Shown here: piece by piece, positions 1 through 10,660 of the stretch
How positions within the stretch are numbered: position 1 is the first letter of the stretch
How the letters are laid out: every line of letters begins with the position of its first letter
Assembly (NCBI GenBank): GCA_965208365.1
Contig: OZ242330.1
Coordinates: 3,431,031-3,495,030 of the forward strand
From: Caldilineaceae bacterium
GTDB taxonomy: Bacteria; Chloroflexota; Anaerolineae; Caldilineales; Caldilineaceae
Direction of reading: 5' to 3'
Length of the DNA: 64,000 nt
Made by a program: the position numbers and the translations under genes
Notes under the pieces: generated by a model
Told to the model about the DNA's origin: nothing
The model's input: only the letters and a program-made list of their open reading frames with translations
The model's database searches: none

Positions 1-706
1 AGGCCCCCAGCGACCATCCCTGATGTACCGCGACCCGCCGATCCTGGGGGTAGTGCGGAGCATCCCCAAAACGCATCCATTCCGCCAGACGCCAGATAAG
101 CACGGCTGCCGCGGCGACTATCAGGTTGTCGTTGTTGGCGGAGGCCCCGATGAACACAAACTGCGGCACGAACGCGAGCACAGCTGTGGCCGGCAGGGCC
201 AGGGAAGGGGCAAGAAACAACCGGACGAAACGGTAGGTTGCCCACAGGGCGATACAACACAGAAGGATGGACCACAGGCGCAGGATGTGTAGGGCCAGGA
301 AAGTGCCTGACCACGGCCAACCGTCGTCGTCGTGCGCTAGGAAGTAGTTCCGGTTCTCCGTGGCCGTTTCCTGACCCAGACGGGCATACGGGTTGATGCG
401 GTCGGCCAAAACCGGGAAGTCCGACATGTCGATCCACCCCGTAAGGATCGCGCCTGCGATGTAGTAGAGGGGGGCCTGGGTGCCCTGTTGTTGCCAGAGA
501 CCCGGCGTGTTCGGTTCCGAACGCGGCAGGTCGTACCAGGTCACGATATGCTGGACAAACGCGAGGTGCTGAAACTCGTCGGGGGTTTCAAAGGCGGGCA
601 CTACGACGCTGAAGTACGCGGCCAGCAGCGCGAAGAGCAACAGCAGGCCGGCAATCCAGAGTCGTTCACGACCCTCGGGCCAAGGCTTCGGGCCGGTGGC
701 GTGCAT
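1..706 (-). CDS. GT-C fold membrane glycosyltransferase (ArnT/PMT, GT39/83-like), N-terminal part; gene runs off the window edge
   Basis: My translation of the minus strand from the ATG (rc of 704-706) stays open to position 1. It is absent from the ORF track because it has no stop in the window. Sequence begins MHATGPKPWPEGRERLWIAGLLLLFALLAAYFSVVVPAFETPDEFQHLAFVQHIV... It has several hydrophobic helices and an acidic first-loop motif (ETPDEFQH) typical of GT-C transferases. It lies directly downstream of a GT2 polyprenol-phosphate sugar synthase. Confidence 0.6.
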   Translation of the reverse strand, partial: MHATGPKPWPEGRERLWIAGLLLLFALLAAYFSVVVPAFETPDEFQHLAFVQHIVTWYDLPRSEPNTPGLWQQQGTQAPLYYIAGAILTGWIDMSDFPVLADRINPYARLGQETATENRNYFLAHDDDGWPWSGTFLALHILRLWSILLCCIALWATYRFVRLFLAPSLALPATAVLAFVPQFVFIGASANNDNLIVAAAAVLIWRLAEWMRFGDAPHYPQDRRVAVHQGWSLGA

Positions 707-758
707 GGCGTGCGACAGGAACTGCGCGCCGCGGGTTTCCCGGGCAAGGCTTCGGCCG

Positions 759-1538
759 TCAGACCGTCGTCGGGCTACGCTTGGCTGGGGACCACCAGAA
801 CAGGAAGTAGAGCAGGGTCAGCCCAAAGCGCAGCCAAACGTCGCGAATGCGGAAGGTGGAATCGCCGTTGGCCCTCGGGAATTCATGACTGGGTACTTCG
901 CACAGACGGTATCCGCAACGGATCGTCTTGATGATCATCTCCTGCTCGATGGTGTGGATGTCCTCCGTCAGCCCCAGGTCCAGGGCCACCGAGCGCCGAA
1001 TGGCCCTGAAGCCGTTCTGGCAGTCGGTCATGCGGACCCCTTGACTGTAGTTGATGATCAACGTAATGACCTGGCTGCCAAACAGGCGGATGGACTGCTT
1101 GACGGTAGCGTGCAGTTCATCACTGCCGCCAATCATGCGGGAGCCCGATACATGGTCGGCCTCATTGCGCACGATGGAGCCGATCAGGCGGGGGATTTCG
1201 GTGGGGTCGTGGGAGCCGTCCGCATCCATCAGGACGACGATTTCGTTGCGCGCCGCCAGCAGACCCTGGCGCACGGCTGCGCCCTTGCCCATGCCGTTGT
1301 CGCGCAGGACGGTCGCCCCGGCGGCGGTGGCCACCTGCTCCGTCCCGTCCGTGCTGTTCCCGTCAATCACCAGTACCTCATCGGCCATTTGCCGGGCGAC
1401 GTGCAGAATCGGCAGCAAGGAATCCGCTTCGTTGAGCGTAGGGATTACCACGGTGAAGGGAGGCAGGGCCGTGGAACCGTCTTCGGTGTCGCGGACCAGG
1501 CTGTAGTTGTCGAGATACCACTGGGGGATAACGGCCAT
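759..1538 (-). CDS. Family 2 glycosyltransferase (polyprenol/dolichol-phosphate sugar synthase-like)
   Basis: 259 aa with an ATG start. VVIPTLNEADSLLPIL ... VLVIDGNSTDGT ... VVLMDADGSHDP are classic GT2 (Dpm1/ArnC-type) motifs. A C-terminal hydrophobic tail is present. Confidence 0.85.
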   Translation of the reverse strand: MAVIPQWYLDNYSLVRDTEDGSTALPPFTVVIPTLNEADSLLPILHVARQMADEVLVIDGNSTDGTEQVATAAGATVLRDNGMGKGAAVRQGLLAARNEIVVLMDADGSHDPTEIPRLIGSIVRNEADHVSGSRMIGGSDELHATVKQSIRLFGSQVITLIINYSQGVRMTDCQNGFRAIRRSVALDLGLTEDIHTIEQEMIIKTIRCGYRLCEVPSHEFPRANGDSTFRIRDVWLRFGLTLLYFLFWWSPAKRSPTTV

Positions 1539-1575
1539 GTCGAGTAAACCGGATGCAGGGGTTCAGTTTGGGCGG

Positions 1576-2385
1576 CTAAGCCCGTAGGCAGCAGAGGACG
1601 GATATCGGGAGTCCGTGCGACCTGCACCACAGTTCGCGATGGGTCGGCTGATAGGGTTGCAATCGGCAAGCCAGGGACCTGTCGGGCGGCTGGAAGTCCG
1701 GGGACTGTTCCACGAGCCAACCTGTCCAGGCCATGAATTCCGGTACATCGCTCCTTACGTGCAAAAGGCTTCCCGGTGCCATATGTTCGGCCAGCATGGA
1801 CAGGAACGGCGGAGACATCAGCCTTCGATGCTGGTGCCTGCGTTTCCACCACGGATCGGGGAACAGCACGTGCACCGCCGCCAGGGATCGCCTTGTGCAG
1901 AGCCTCGGCAAGGCGAATCGTACATCGTCATCGCAGAACCAAACATTGGCCAGTTTCTGCCTGGCGACCCGCATCAGTGCGCGTCGGACGGCTGCGGTCA
2001 AGACTTCCACTCCCAAAAAGAGGGTGTCCGGTTCGTGGCGGGCCCGGTTCAGGATGAAGTCGGCTCGGGCGGGTCCGATTTCCAGCTCGATGGCTCGGGC
2101 AGCTCCCCGGCTCTCCAGAAATTGAGCGGCGGCTTTCGATTCCGGTGTGTCAAGCATCAGGGAACGGATGAATCGCTGACCCTCGGCCCATACGGGCTCA
2201 AGCGAATCGGATGGCCGCAGGCGCGGATCGCCGCCCAGCAGGCCTTTGCCGCGTTGCCAATCCCGCAGGATGCGTCGATGGTCTTCCGCGGTCAGGGGTT
2301 CCCACGGGAAGTCCATGCGCCCTTGGCTGAACGGTGTGTTCCCGGTGTTCACCGAGGATTGCCGGACCGAACCGTCAGTGTCCAC
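1576..2385 (-). CDS. trmB: tRNA (guanine-N7)-methyltransferase
   Basis: [19 protein letters not shown] matches the TrmB signature FPDPWxKxRHxKRR. The start is uncertain: 2385 overlaps the thrC stop, and the alternative ATG is at 2316. Confidence 0.75.
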   Translation of the reverse strand: MDTDGSVRQSSVNTGNTPFSQGRMDFPWEPLTAEDHRRILRDWQRGKGLLGGDPRLRPSDSLEPVWAEGQRFIRSLMLDTPESKAAAQFLESRGAARAIELEIGPARADFILNRARHEPDTLFLGVEVLTAAVRRALMRVARQKLANVWFCDDDVRFALPRLCTRRSLAAVHVLFPDPWWKRRHQHRRLMSPPFLSMLAEHMAPGSLLHVRSDVPEFMAWTGWLVEQSPDFQPPDRSLACRLQPYQPTHRELWCRSHGLPISVLCCLRA

Positions 2386-3736
2386 CGGCGGTGTTCAGAA
2401 TACGGTGGATTTCCTCCTGCACCACATCCACGCTTGCCGGCAACTCCCGCAGAGGGTTGACCAGCGTGCTTTCCACTTCCTCCAGGCCTGCGAAGTGATA
2501 GTCCGTCTTGAACTTGGTGAACTTCAGGCCATGGGCTGTGCTTACAACCACGGCGCGGTCGTGTTCTCGGATTTGTTTCTGCTCCACGAGCTGCATCACG
2601 GCGGCCAGGGCAACTCCGGTGTGGGGACAGGTATACATGCCGGACCGATCCGCCAGGGCCGCGGCATTGGCCAGTTCGTGTTCGGTTACCGACACCACCA
2701 GGCCATCGGATTCCCGGATCGCCTTCACGGCCTTGTCATAGCTGACCGGATTGCCAATCTGAATGGCCGAGGCCAGCGTGGACTTGGCGGTCATGGGTTC
2801 GTATCCCACAAATCCGTTCAGGAAGTTCCGGTACAGCGGATTTGCCTTCTCCGCTTGGGCCGCCACCAAACGCGGCATCCTGTCGATTACACCCAATGTT
2901 CGCATCAGTTGGAAACCTTTGTACACGGCACTGATGTTGCCTAGGTTGCCCGCAGGCACGATCACCCAGTCGGGCACCTCCCATTCGAACTGCTGGACAA
3001 TCTCCATGGCCACGGTCTGTTGTCCTTCGATCCGCAGGCTGTTCATCGAGTTGGCCAGGTAAATGGACTGGTCGGCGGTGACGGCCTGCACCACCTGCAT
3101 GCAACCGTCGAAGTCCGTGTCCAGGGCCAGGACGTGGGCGCCGTTGGCAATCGGTTGAATGAGCTGGGCAGGACTGATTTTGCCCAAGGGCAGAAAGATG
3201 ATGGCGGGAATGCCGGCGGCGGCGGCATAGGCGGCCAAAGCCGCACTCGTGTCTCCGGTACTGGCGCAGGCCACGGCTCGGATGCCACTGCCACCGCGTT
3301 GGACGATGCGGTTGACCACACTTACCAGGACCGTCATGCCAAGATCCTTGAAGCTGCCCGTGTGGCTGTTACCGCACATCTTGACCCACAGATCCCCCAA
3401 CCCCAGATGCCGGCCCAGGGCATGGGCCCGAAACAGGTTGGTGTTGCCTTCGTACATGCTGACGATGTGATTGTCGGCCAGATCCGGCATGACCCACTCG
3501 CGGTAGCGCCATACACCGCTGCCTACGGGGTAGGTGCTGGATCCGTTGCGGCCGTCCAACAGGGTTCTCCACTCCCGGCCGGAACGGCTGGCCAGCCGTT
3601 GCAGATCGTGTTGAACCTCAAGCAGCCCATCGCAAGCCGGGCATCGGTACACGACCTCGTCGACGGAGTACGCGGCCGTGTTCCCGCAGCGATTGAAACA
3701 ACGCAGGGCGCTATGTTGGGTATCGTTTGCGAACAT
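2375..3736 (-). CDS. thrC: Threonine synthase
   Basis: PLP-lysine motif [15 protein letters not shown]. An N-terminal Cys pair resembles a zinc ribbon (CFNRCGN...YRCPACDG). I chose the ATG at 3736 because the track's first codon at 3787 is TTG. Confidence 0.9.
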   Translation of the reverse strand: MFANDTQHSALRCFNRCGNTAAYSVDEVVYRCPACDGLLEVQHDLQRLASRSGREWRTLLDGRNGSSTYPVGSGVWRYREWVMPDLADNHIVSMYEGNTNLFRAHALGRHLGLGDLWVKMCGNSHTGSFKDLGMTVLVSVVNRIVQRGGSGIRAVACASTGDTSAALAAYAAAAGIPAIIFLPLGKISPAQLIQPIANGAHVLALDTDFDGCMQVVQAVTADQSIYLANSMNSLRIEGQQTVAMEIVQQFEWEVPDWVIVPAGNLGNISAVYKGFQLMRTLGVIDRMPRLVAAQAEKANPLYRNFLNGFVGYEPMTAKSTLASAIQIGNPVSYDKAVKAIRESDGLVVSVTEHELANAAALADRSGMYTCPHTGVALAAVMQLVEQKQIREHDRAVVVSTAHGLKFTKFKTDYHFAGLEEVESTLVNPLRELPASVDVVQEEIHRILNTAGGH

Positions 3737-3877
3737 CGCCCAGCATTCTGCCAGTTGTCGGTAGCTGGCGGCACAAGCCCCTTGCAATCGGGCCCGAATT
3801 GCCCACCTCCCCTAGAGGGGGGGATCCTGTCAGAAGCGGTGTGGATGGGACGGCGCGCGCACCATGCCCCGTGCCGC

Positions 3878-4357
3878 TCACTGAGCGGCGGGGACTGGAC
3901 GAATGCCCAGAAACACCTGTTTGCCGTTGAGGATCCGGAGGATTTCCTTCGGGGTCCACTGACTGCGGCGGGATGCCCCGGACTGCTCGAATATGCCGCT
4001 TAGCTCGATGGGCGACAAGGGTCTGTTGTCGTTGGACAGAAAGACCCTGAAACATGCAGCCGTCAGGGGCAGCGTGTCGTCAATGAAATCCGGTTGATGG
4101 GTGCAGTTGATCCGCAGGCACTCCGTCAGGGCATCCACCCGGCGGACCTCGCCGGTTTCCGCGTCCACCCAGTCGACCTCCTCCGTGTCCACATGGGTGC
4201 GAAACCGCTGTTGGCATTCGTCGCACAACTGCTGGTACAGGTGAAAGCGGTAGTCGAGGCTGCTGTTGGCCCACCACTCGTGGTCGATGTGGAACTCCGT
4301 GTCCTCACCCGGACCAAAGCGGTGGGATGCGTGGACGCGGGTTGACTGTTCTGACAT
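3878..4357 (-). CDS. Hypothetical protein (159 aa, several Cys/His, acidic)
   Basis: Long ORF with an ATG start, 52 nt downstream of the 544-aa ORF on the same strand. I recognise no motif. Confidence 0.5.
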   Translation of the reverse strand: MSEQSTRVHASHRFGPGEDTEFHIDHEWWANSSLDYRFHLYQQLCDECQQRFRTHVDTEEVDWVDAETGEVRRVDALTECLRINCTHQPDFIDDTLPLTAACFRVFLSNDNRPLSPIELSGIFEQSGASRRSQWTPKEILRILNGKQVFLGIRPVPAAQ

Positions 4358-4409
4358 CTTGCGGACGTATCTCCCTGAGGTCTCGGTCGGTGCCTTTCGT
4401 TGTGTGTGG

Positions 4410-6044
4410 TCAGTTGGTCAGTCCGAATTCACGGGGGTCGGACAGGCTGCGCAGGCGCGAATTGGAGGTCAGGGCGTGGATCACCAGACCGGGCGCATAG
4501 CGTTGGATGGCATTGACGACGCTGTACACGGTACTGGCGTGGACGGTGCTGTCCGGTTTCTTGAGGAGCTCCATCGCGACCTCCTCCACCAGGTTGAATA
4601 TGGAATTGCCGCTCTCGCGATTTCGGAAATGGGTTCTGTACTCGGCAAGTTTCTCCTCGTCCGTACAGGCAACGGCCTGATGCAAGTCCAGTTCGCAGCC
4701 GATGGTCATGATGGACTTGGTCCGGTCAATTTCAAGCCTGAGTGGCGCCGTTTCGCCGGGGGCCCCGTCCAGCAGGGGATCCTCAACCGCGTTCAGGGTC
4801 CAGAACCACTCCTGTTTTGGCCTACGCGTATTGAAGTTGAGGGTTATCGTCCCGTCCGAACGACGCTCGACATACAGGTTGGCACCGGCCGGGATGTTGT
4901 GGCTCAGGTAGTACTCCTCCAACCCGCAAATATAGCGGCCTTCGGGAACATACCAGCATTCCATCACCCCTCCGTGCACCGGATCGCGCATCTCGATCCG
5001 GGTCTTGAAGTCCGGATCAAGATCCAGGAGCTCCTCCATGGGACCGGTGACGGGCAATGTGCCGTGCAGCCTGTGGGGGTACAGGAGCACCAAATGAACC
5101 TGTCCCAGCGTGTCGAGTTGCGGCTGACGCTCCGACCACTCGTCCGCCAGGTTCGCCTCCAGGCTGAGTAGATCGTTGGTGAAAGTCGAATAGACGTAGT
5201 TGACCCTGACCGGCTGGAGCGCCATGGGTACGGAGCGGGCCGCCGCGGGAAGGCCGCTGGCTCGGTGCCAACAGGCAACGCCACCAGCCATGACTTCCTC
5301 GAACCGGGGATCCTGTGACAGTCCAATGTCGAGGCTCAGTTGCAGGAGTTCCGGGCTGAGTTCGTCGGCCTTCAAATCGAGGACGCCAAGGATTTCCGAG
5401 GACAAGACAGGTCGTTCCTCGTCGTAAATCTTGGCTTCCGCCATGTTCAGGCTGAATTCGTCCACTTCGACAAGCTGGTCGCGCAACAGCCATCCACCGT
5501 TCCATTCGATGAATTCTTCGGATCTCGGGCCCGCTTCCAGGGCATACCGAAGTGCATCCTCAATCTCTTCCTCGTGCTGTTCGAAGATTTCTTCCGAGGT
5601 GAGCATGCCAGCCGCACTGAAGTCCTCCTCGCCCAGGTCGTTGAGCGGATGCTTGGTTCTGAGCTGTGCGGCAAATTCACAGATTTCCTCGGGGTCGGAC
5701 ATCAGAACCTCAAGTACGGAGAACTTGCCGTGTTCGGGGTTGTAGCCGTTCCGAATGTCCATGACCATGCCGGTGCGGTAGTCCATGGCCGTGAACACAA
5801 GGGTTTGGTCCTTGGCGAATTTCTTGCCGGGCTGGTACATGGTGCCCAACTTCAGCATTTTTTCGATCTGACTGTTTTCGCGGGCCTGATAGTGTTCAAT
5901 CAGGCGGATGGCAAGCTTCTCGAACGGTGCAGGGGTGCCTAGTTGGCCGGTTGCCAGTTGCTCGTACAGAAAGTCAAGATCCCCGTCGGTGGCCGTAAAC
6001 TCGGATGTCCAGAAGTGGGGGTCCAACGTCTTGCGCAACATCAA
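4410..6044 (-). CDS. Hypothetical protein (544 aa, acidic, no TM segments)
   Basis: Uninterrupted 1.6-kb ORF. The first codon is TTG at 6044 and an ATG follows at 6041, with GGAG upstream. No recognisable catalytic motif. Confidence 0.6.
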   Translation of the reverse strand: MMLRKTLDPHFWTSEFTATDGDLDFLYEQLATGQLGTPAPFEKLAIRLIEHYQARENSQIEKMLKLGTMYQPGKKFAKDQTLVFTAMDYRTGMVMDIRNGYNPEHGKFSVLEVLMSDPEEICEFAAQLRTKHPLNDLGEEDFSAAGMLTSEEIFEQHEEEIEDALRYALEAGPRSEEFIEWNGGWLLRDQLVEVDEFSLNMAEAKIYDEERPVLSSEILGVLDLKADELSPELLQLSLDIGLSQDPRFEEVMAGGVACWHRASGLPAAARSVPMALQPVRVNYVYSTFTNDLLSLEANLADEWSERQPQLDTLGQVHLVLLYPHRLHGTLPVTGPMEELLDLDPDFKTRIEMRDPVHGGVMECWYVPEGRYICGLEEYYLSHNIPAGANLYVERRSDGTITLNFNTRRPKQEWFWTLNAVEDPLLDGAPGETAPLRLEIDRTKSIMTIGCELDLHQAVACTDEEKLAEYRTHFRNRESGNSIFNLVEEVAMELLKKPDSTVHASTVYSVVNAIQRYAPGLVIHALTSNSRLRSLSDPREFGLTN

Positions 6045-6355
6045 TCAGGAACTCCGAGTCGGCAGGGCGGAATCACGGGGAATCACAAGCTCGCTTTACA
6101 AAGCGTCGACCTGCCGCGGCAGGTCGACGCATACTGATAATTATACCATTGGATAGACTTGATGCCAGCACCAACCGAAATGCTTTACGCCGTTTCCGTC
6201 GCCCGGATGTCGGCCCTGAACCGCGCGCGATAACGGGAACGTTGCGGCACCTGCTGCCGGGACAACCGGTCTGGAACGGCTTTAACTCAAGCCACCTGGC
6301 CCTGTACGATTGGGCAGCCTTTCGTTCATAATGTCATCCGGCGTTCCAAGTCGAC

Positions 6356-7633
6356 TTGCAGGGAGCTGTTGACATCAAGACCTTGGCGATGATCCTGGCC
6401 GGAGGTGCCGGGACCCGGTTGATGTCCCTGACGGAGCAACGAGCCAAGCCCGCGGTTCCTTTCGCGGGCAAGTTTCGCATCATTGATTTCGCACTCAGCA
6501 ACTGCGTACATTCCGGCATTTCCACGGTCGGGGTCCTGACCCAGTATCAGCCGCACAGCCTTCAGGACCACTTGGGCATCGGCAAACCGTGGGATCTGGA
6601 CCGCGCGCAGGGCGGAATCCGCGTACTCCAGCCCTATACCGCGCCGGACGCTCAGGCTTGGTATACCGGTACTGCCGACGCCATCCTGCGCAACCTTTTT
6701 TTTATTGAGGATCATGATCCGGATGCTGTTCTCATCCTGTCGGGCGATCACATCTACAAGATGGACTATATGCCCATGCTAGAGCAGCATCGGCGCACTG
6801 AGGCCGACCTGACGGTCGCCGTCATGCCGGTGCCGCTGGAGGAAACGCCTCGGTTCGGCATTATGGAGACCGATGACGACAACCGGGTGGTGGAGTTCCA
6901 CGAAAAGCCGCCCGGCATGGACAAGGGCAACTTGGCCTCGATGGGGATTTACATCTTTTCGACGAACCGGTTGGTGCAACGTTTGCGGGAGGGCACGGAC
7001 GAGGATCCCCGCGACGATTTCGGCCAGCATGTCATTCCGGCCATGATCGAATGCAACGATCGGGTCTATGCCTTCAACTTCGATGGCTACTGGGTGGACG
7101 TGGGTACGTTGGACTCCTACTGGTCCACGAATCTGGACCTGCTGAAACCGGATCCGCCACTGGACATGTACACGCGGGAATGGCCCGTCCTGACCCGGTC
7201 CACCGAACACCCGCCGGCCAAGGTGTCGGCCCAGGCCCAGATTTCACGGTCGCTGGTCTGCAACGGGTCGGTGATCAAGGGCAAGGTCCACGACTCGGTA
7301 CTGAGCCCCGGGGTTCAGGTGAGCGTGGGCGCCGAGGTCGTCCGCAGTGTGCTCATGAGCGACACGTGGATTGGACCCGGGGTACGCATTGAGAACGCGA
7401 TCCTCGACAAGTCGGTTGTGGTCGCTGCCGGTGCTCGCATCGGTATGTCCGGTGACTGCGATCCCAACCAGGTTCATCCGGACCGGCTCCACACCGGACT
7501 AACCGTGGTGGGCAAGGGAGCCTTCATTCCCGATCACTGCGTCATCGGCGGCAACGTTCACATTGCAGCGGATGCCGACGCGTCGCACTTTCCGCCGGAC
7601 GGGGTCGTGGCGGACGGCTCCACCATCGGTTGA
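6356..7633 (+). CDS. glgC: Glucose-1-phosphate adenylyltransferase (catalytic-type subunit)
   Basis: [43 protein letters not shown] is the canonical GlgC N-terminal G-loop. A C-terminal left-handed beta-helix-type region follows. The start is uncertain: TTG at 6356, with an in-frame ATG at 6389. Confidence 0.9.
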   Translation: MQGAVDIKTLAMILAGGAGTRLMSLTEQRAKPAVPFAGKFRIIDFALSNCVHSGISTVGVLTQYQPHSLQDHLGIGKPWDLDRAQGGIRVLQPYTAPDAQAWYTGTADAILRNLFFIEDHDPDAVLILSGDHIYKMDYMPMLEQHRRTEADLTVAVMPVPLEETPRFGIMETDDDNRVVEFHEKPPGMDKGNLASMGIYIFSTNRLVQRLREGTDEDPRDDFGQHVIPAMIECNDRVYAFNFDGYWVDVGTLDSYWSTNLDLLKPDPPLDMYTREWPVLTRSTEHPPAKVSAQAQISRSLVCNGSVIKGKVHDSVLSPGVQVSVGAEVVRSVLMSDTWIGPGVRIENAILDKSVVVAAGARIGMSGDCDPNQVHPDRLHTGLTVVGKGAFIPDHCVIGGNVHIAADADASHFPPDGVVADGSTIG

Positions 7634-7647
7634 AGAACGGCAAGGTT

Positions 7648-8952
7648 ATGAAGTCAGCTGCCTCAGACCGCATCCTGTCCCTCATCATGGCGGGGGGCGC
7701 CAGCGAAACCCTGGGCGCGCTCACGGAGGCCAGGGCCGAGCCGGCCCTGCACATCGGCGGCAAGTTCCGGCTGATCGACTTTCCGCTGAGCAATCTCACC
7801 AACAGCGAGCTGTACAACATTGGGGTTCTGACCCAGTACATGCCCCGTTCCCTGAACGACCACATCGGCGTGGGCAAACCCTGGGATCTGGATCGCGCTA
7901 CCGGCGGCATGCGCCTGCTGCAACCCTACATGGGGGGAATGTGGGGTGGCTGGCAGAGCGGTAACGCCGATGCGGTGCGGCGCAATCTCGACTTCATCCG
8001 CAATCAGGGCGCTACGGACGTATTGATCCTGGCGGGAGATCACATGTACCTGATGGACTACCGTCCCATGCTGCGGCAACACATGGAACGGGGCAGCGAA
8101 GCCACTGTGGGGACACGCCACATCACGTCGCCGCACGATGCCTTTCGCTACGGGATGCTGGTGTCGGACCAGGAGCAGCGACTGCTGGCTTTTGAGGAAA
8201 AGCCGGGCCGCAGCCGCCGGTCCATGTCAAGTATGGGCATCTACGTTTTTGACGTGGACGCTCTGGCTGACGCCCTGATTTCGCATCCGGAACTGAACGA
8301 CTTCGGCCGTGACGTGATTCCGTGGTTCCTGGAACGGAAAGCCCGGATTCACACCTACGAGTACAAGGGCTACTGGGCGGACGTGGGCACGGTCCAGGCC
8401 TACTGGGAAGCCAACATGGGACTGATTGCCGACGAGCCGGCGCTGAACCTGTACAACCGCCAATGGGTTGTGCGGACCCGCAGCGAAACGCAGGCGGCCG
8501 CACGCATCGAACCGAATTCCGACGTGTCCGACAGCCTGGTGTCCAATGGCTGCCGGGTGGGCGGAACGGTAAGGCACAGTGTGCTGTCACCCGGGGTGGT
8601 GGTCGAGGCCGGAGCCCGCGTGACCAACTCCGTGGTCTTGCGGAACGTGCACATTGGCGCCGATGCCGTGGTGGACCGGTGCGTTATCGACGACGACACC
8701 GTGATCGGCGCGGGTGCCCTGGTCGGGTACGGAGAGGACGAGGCTCCAAACCGACAACTGCCCGACGTGCTCAACACGGGCCTGACATTGATTGGTCTCG
8801 ATTCCCATGTGCCGTCCGGCTACAGAATCGGACGCAACGTCCAGGTTCACTCTCGAACTGGTGCAGATGCGTTTCCATCCGAGGGAGAAGTAGCGTCCGG
8901 TGACATCATCGGTCAGGATCCCCGTCGTAGGGGCGAGCCGACAGGGGATTGA
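7648..8952 (+). CDS. glgD: Glucose-1-phosphate adenylyltransferase paralogue with a degenerate G-loop (GlgD-like)
   Basis: Same fold signature (PALHIGGKFRLIDFPLSNLTNS, GDHMYLMDY), but the GGxGxRL loop reads GGASETL. It directly abuts glgC. The track start at 7630 is TTG; I chose the ATG at 7648. Confidence 0.75.
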   Translation: MKSAASDRILSLIMAGGASETLGALTEARAEPALHIGGKFRLIDFPLSNLTNSELYNIGVLTQYMPRSLNDHIGVGKPWDLDRATGGMRLLQPYMGGMWGGWQSGNADAVRRNLDFIRNQGATDVLILAGDHMYLMDYRPMLRQHMERGSEATVGTRHITSPHDAFRYGMLVSDQEQRLLAFEEKPGRSRRSMSSMGIYVFDVDALADALISHPELNDFGRDVIPWFLERKARIHTYEYKGYWADVGTVQAYWEANMGLIADEPALNLYNRQWVVRTRSETQAAARIEPNSDVSDSLVSNGCRVGGTVRHSVLSPGVVVEAGARVTNSVVLRNVHIGADAVVDRCVIDDDTVIGAGALVGYGEDEAPNRQLPDVLNTGLTLIGLDSHVPSGYRIGRNVQVHSRTGADAFPSEGEVASGDIIGQDPRRRGEPTGD

Positions 8953-9243
8953 TCTCCGTGTGTGGTTGGCCTCGTCTGCGAAACAGCGTGTCTGCGGTCC
9001 AATGCATGGGGAGAGGATGACAGCCACAACCGTTGGCGGGTCCAGCGAAGGGAGTCGGTTCCCCGATTGTGCTTCCTGGAGGACGCTGGCTTCGGACATG
9101 CGTTCACAACTGGTGCCCCGGTGCTTGCGTCGCAAAGTTGGAGTACCGGTCGGTTTGCCGGTCCGGCAACTGCAACTCAATTTTCCCGAACTTGGTGCGG
9201 ATGTGGCTGTTGCTTTGCCCGCACTGCGACTTGAAGGACGCCT

Positions 9244-10656
9244 ATGCCTACAGCTGACATTGGATTGATTGGTCTCGCTGTGATGGGCCAGAACCTGGTC
9301 CTGAACATGGCGCGCAACGGGTACCGCGTGGCGGTCTACAACCGAACCACTGCGCGCATGACGGAGTTCGTAAACGCCCATGCGGGGGTTTCCGTTGCGG
9401 GATGGGAAACACTCTCCGAGTTCGTGGCCGATCTCAAATCGCCCCGCAAAGTCATGGTGATGGTGCAGGCCGGCGGTGCCGTGGACGCGGTGATTGGAGA
9501 GCTTGTTCCATTGCTGGATCAAGGGGACTTGATCATTGACGGCGGCAACAGCCATTACACCGACTCCGAGCGGCGCAGCCGAGAGGTGGCTGCCGCCGGC
9601 TTGGAGTTTATGGGAATAGGCGTCAGCGGTGGTGAGGAAGGTGCCTTGTGGGGACCGTCCATCATGCCCGGCGGATCGAGGGAATCGTGGGCTGGAGTCG
9701 AGCCCATACTGACCGCGATCAGCGCCAAGGCCGAGCAGGACGGCAAACCCTGTGTCGCCTACATGGGACCGAGGGGTGCCGGGCACTACGTCAAGATGGT
9801 CCACAACGCCATCGAATACGGAGACATGCAGCTGATCGCGGAGGCCTATCAAATCCTGTGCAATCTGGGGGGATTGAACAATCGGGAGCTGGCTGCCACG
9901 TTCAGCAAGTGGAACTCCGCGGAACTGGACAGTTTTCTGATTGACATAACAGCCACCATTTTCGAAACCCGCGATGAGGAAACCGGCAACGATCTGGTGG
10001 ACATGGTCCTGGACAAGGCTGCCCAGAAGGGCACGGGCAAGTGGGCCAGCCAGGACGCCCTGGACTTGGGGGCTCCGATTCCGACCATCAACGCGGCGGT
10101 GGTGGGCCGCATCGTGTCGAGTTTCAAGGACCAGCGGGTGGCAGCATCAAGAGTTTTGCCCGGCCCTGTCGCGCCTCCGAGGAATGTGGACCGGACAACC
10201 CTGGTTGAAGGAGTGCGCGCCGCTCTCTATGCCGCCAAAATCAGCGCCTACGCACAGGGCATGGCACTGCTGGGCCTGGCCAGCGACGAATACGGTTACG
10301 CACTGAACCTGGGGGAGGTCGCCCGTATCTGGCGCGGTGGATGCATCATTCGGGCTCGGTTCCTGGATCGCATCACGGAGGCCTACGAGCGGGATTCGCA
10401 CCTGCCCAACTTGATGCTGGACGGGGAATTTCGAGCTGCCTTGACACAGCGTCTGCCGGCTTGGCGCACCACGGTGGCGGAGGCGGTCAAGACCGGTATT
10501 CCCGTGCCGGGACTGTCGGCCAGTCTCGCCTACTACGACTCCTACCGGAGCGCACGGTTGCCCGCCAATCTCATTCAGGCTCAGCGGGACCTGTTCGGGG
10601 CCCATACCTACGAGCGCACCGATCGGCCCGGAACCTTTCATTCAACATGGTCGTAA
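9244..10656 (+). CDS. gnd: 6-phosphogluconate dehydrogenase, decarboxylating
   Basis: IGLIGLAVMGQNLVLNMARNG Rossmann N-terminus, GAGHYVKMVHNAIEYGDMQLIAEAY, and full length of 470 aa. Confidence 0.95.
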   Translation: MPTADIGLIGLAVMGQNLVLNMARNGYRVAVYNRTTARMTEFVNAHAGVSVAGWETLSEFVADLKSPRKVMVMVQAGGAVDAVIGELVPLLDQGDLIIDGGNSHYTDSERRSREVAAAGLEFMGIGVSGGEEGALWGPSIMPGGSRESWAGVEPILTAISAKAEQDGKPCVAYMGPRGAGHYVKMVHNAIEYGDMQLIAEAYQILCNLGGLNNRELAATFSKWNSAELDSFLIDITATIFETRDEETGNDLVDMVLDKAAQKGTGKWASQDALDLGAPIPTINAAVVGRIVSSFKDQRVAASRVLPGPVAPPRNVDRTTLVEGVRAALYAAKISAYAQGMALLGLASDEYGYALNLGEVARIWRGGCIIRARFLDRITEAYERDSHLPNLMLDGEFRAALTQRLPAWRTTVAEAVKTGIPVPGLSASLAYYDSYRSARLPANLIQAQRDLFGAHTYERTDRPGTFHSTWS

Positions 10657-10660
10657 GCCC

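Noticed and set aside
23-1547. Plus-strand ORFs at the window start (23..292, 488..931, 696..1547, 1051..1506).
   Set aside because: They are shadow frames opposite the GT-C (1..706) and GT2 (759..1538) genes, both of which have clear family features on the minus strand.
9100-9235. A minus-strand frame in the glgD-gnd intergenic region reads ...CGQSNSHIRTKFGKIELQLPDRQTDRYSNF..., reminiscent of the IS256/mutator transposase motif NGY..R...T..G.I.L.IP..R.G.Y/F.
   Set aside because: Only about 45 codons long, with no start codon and no further family blocks downstream. It is too short to distinguish from chance without a database search.
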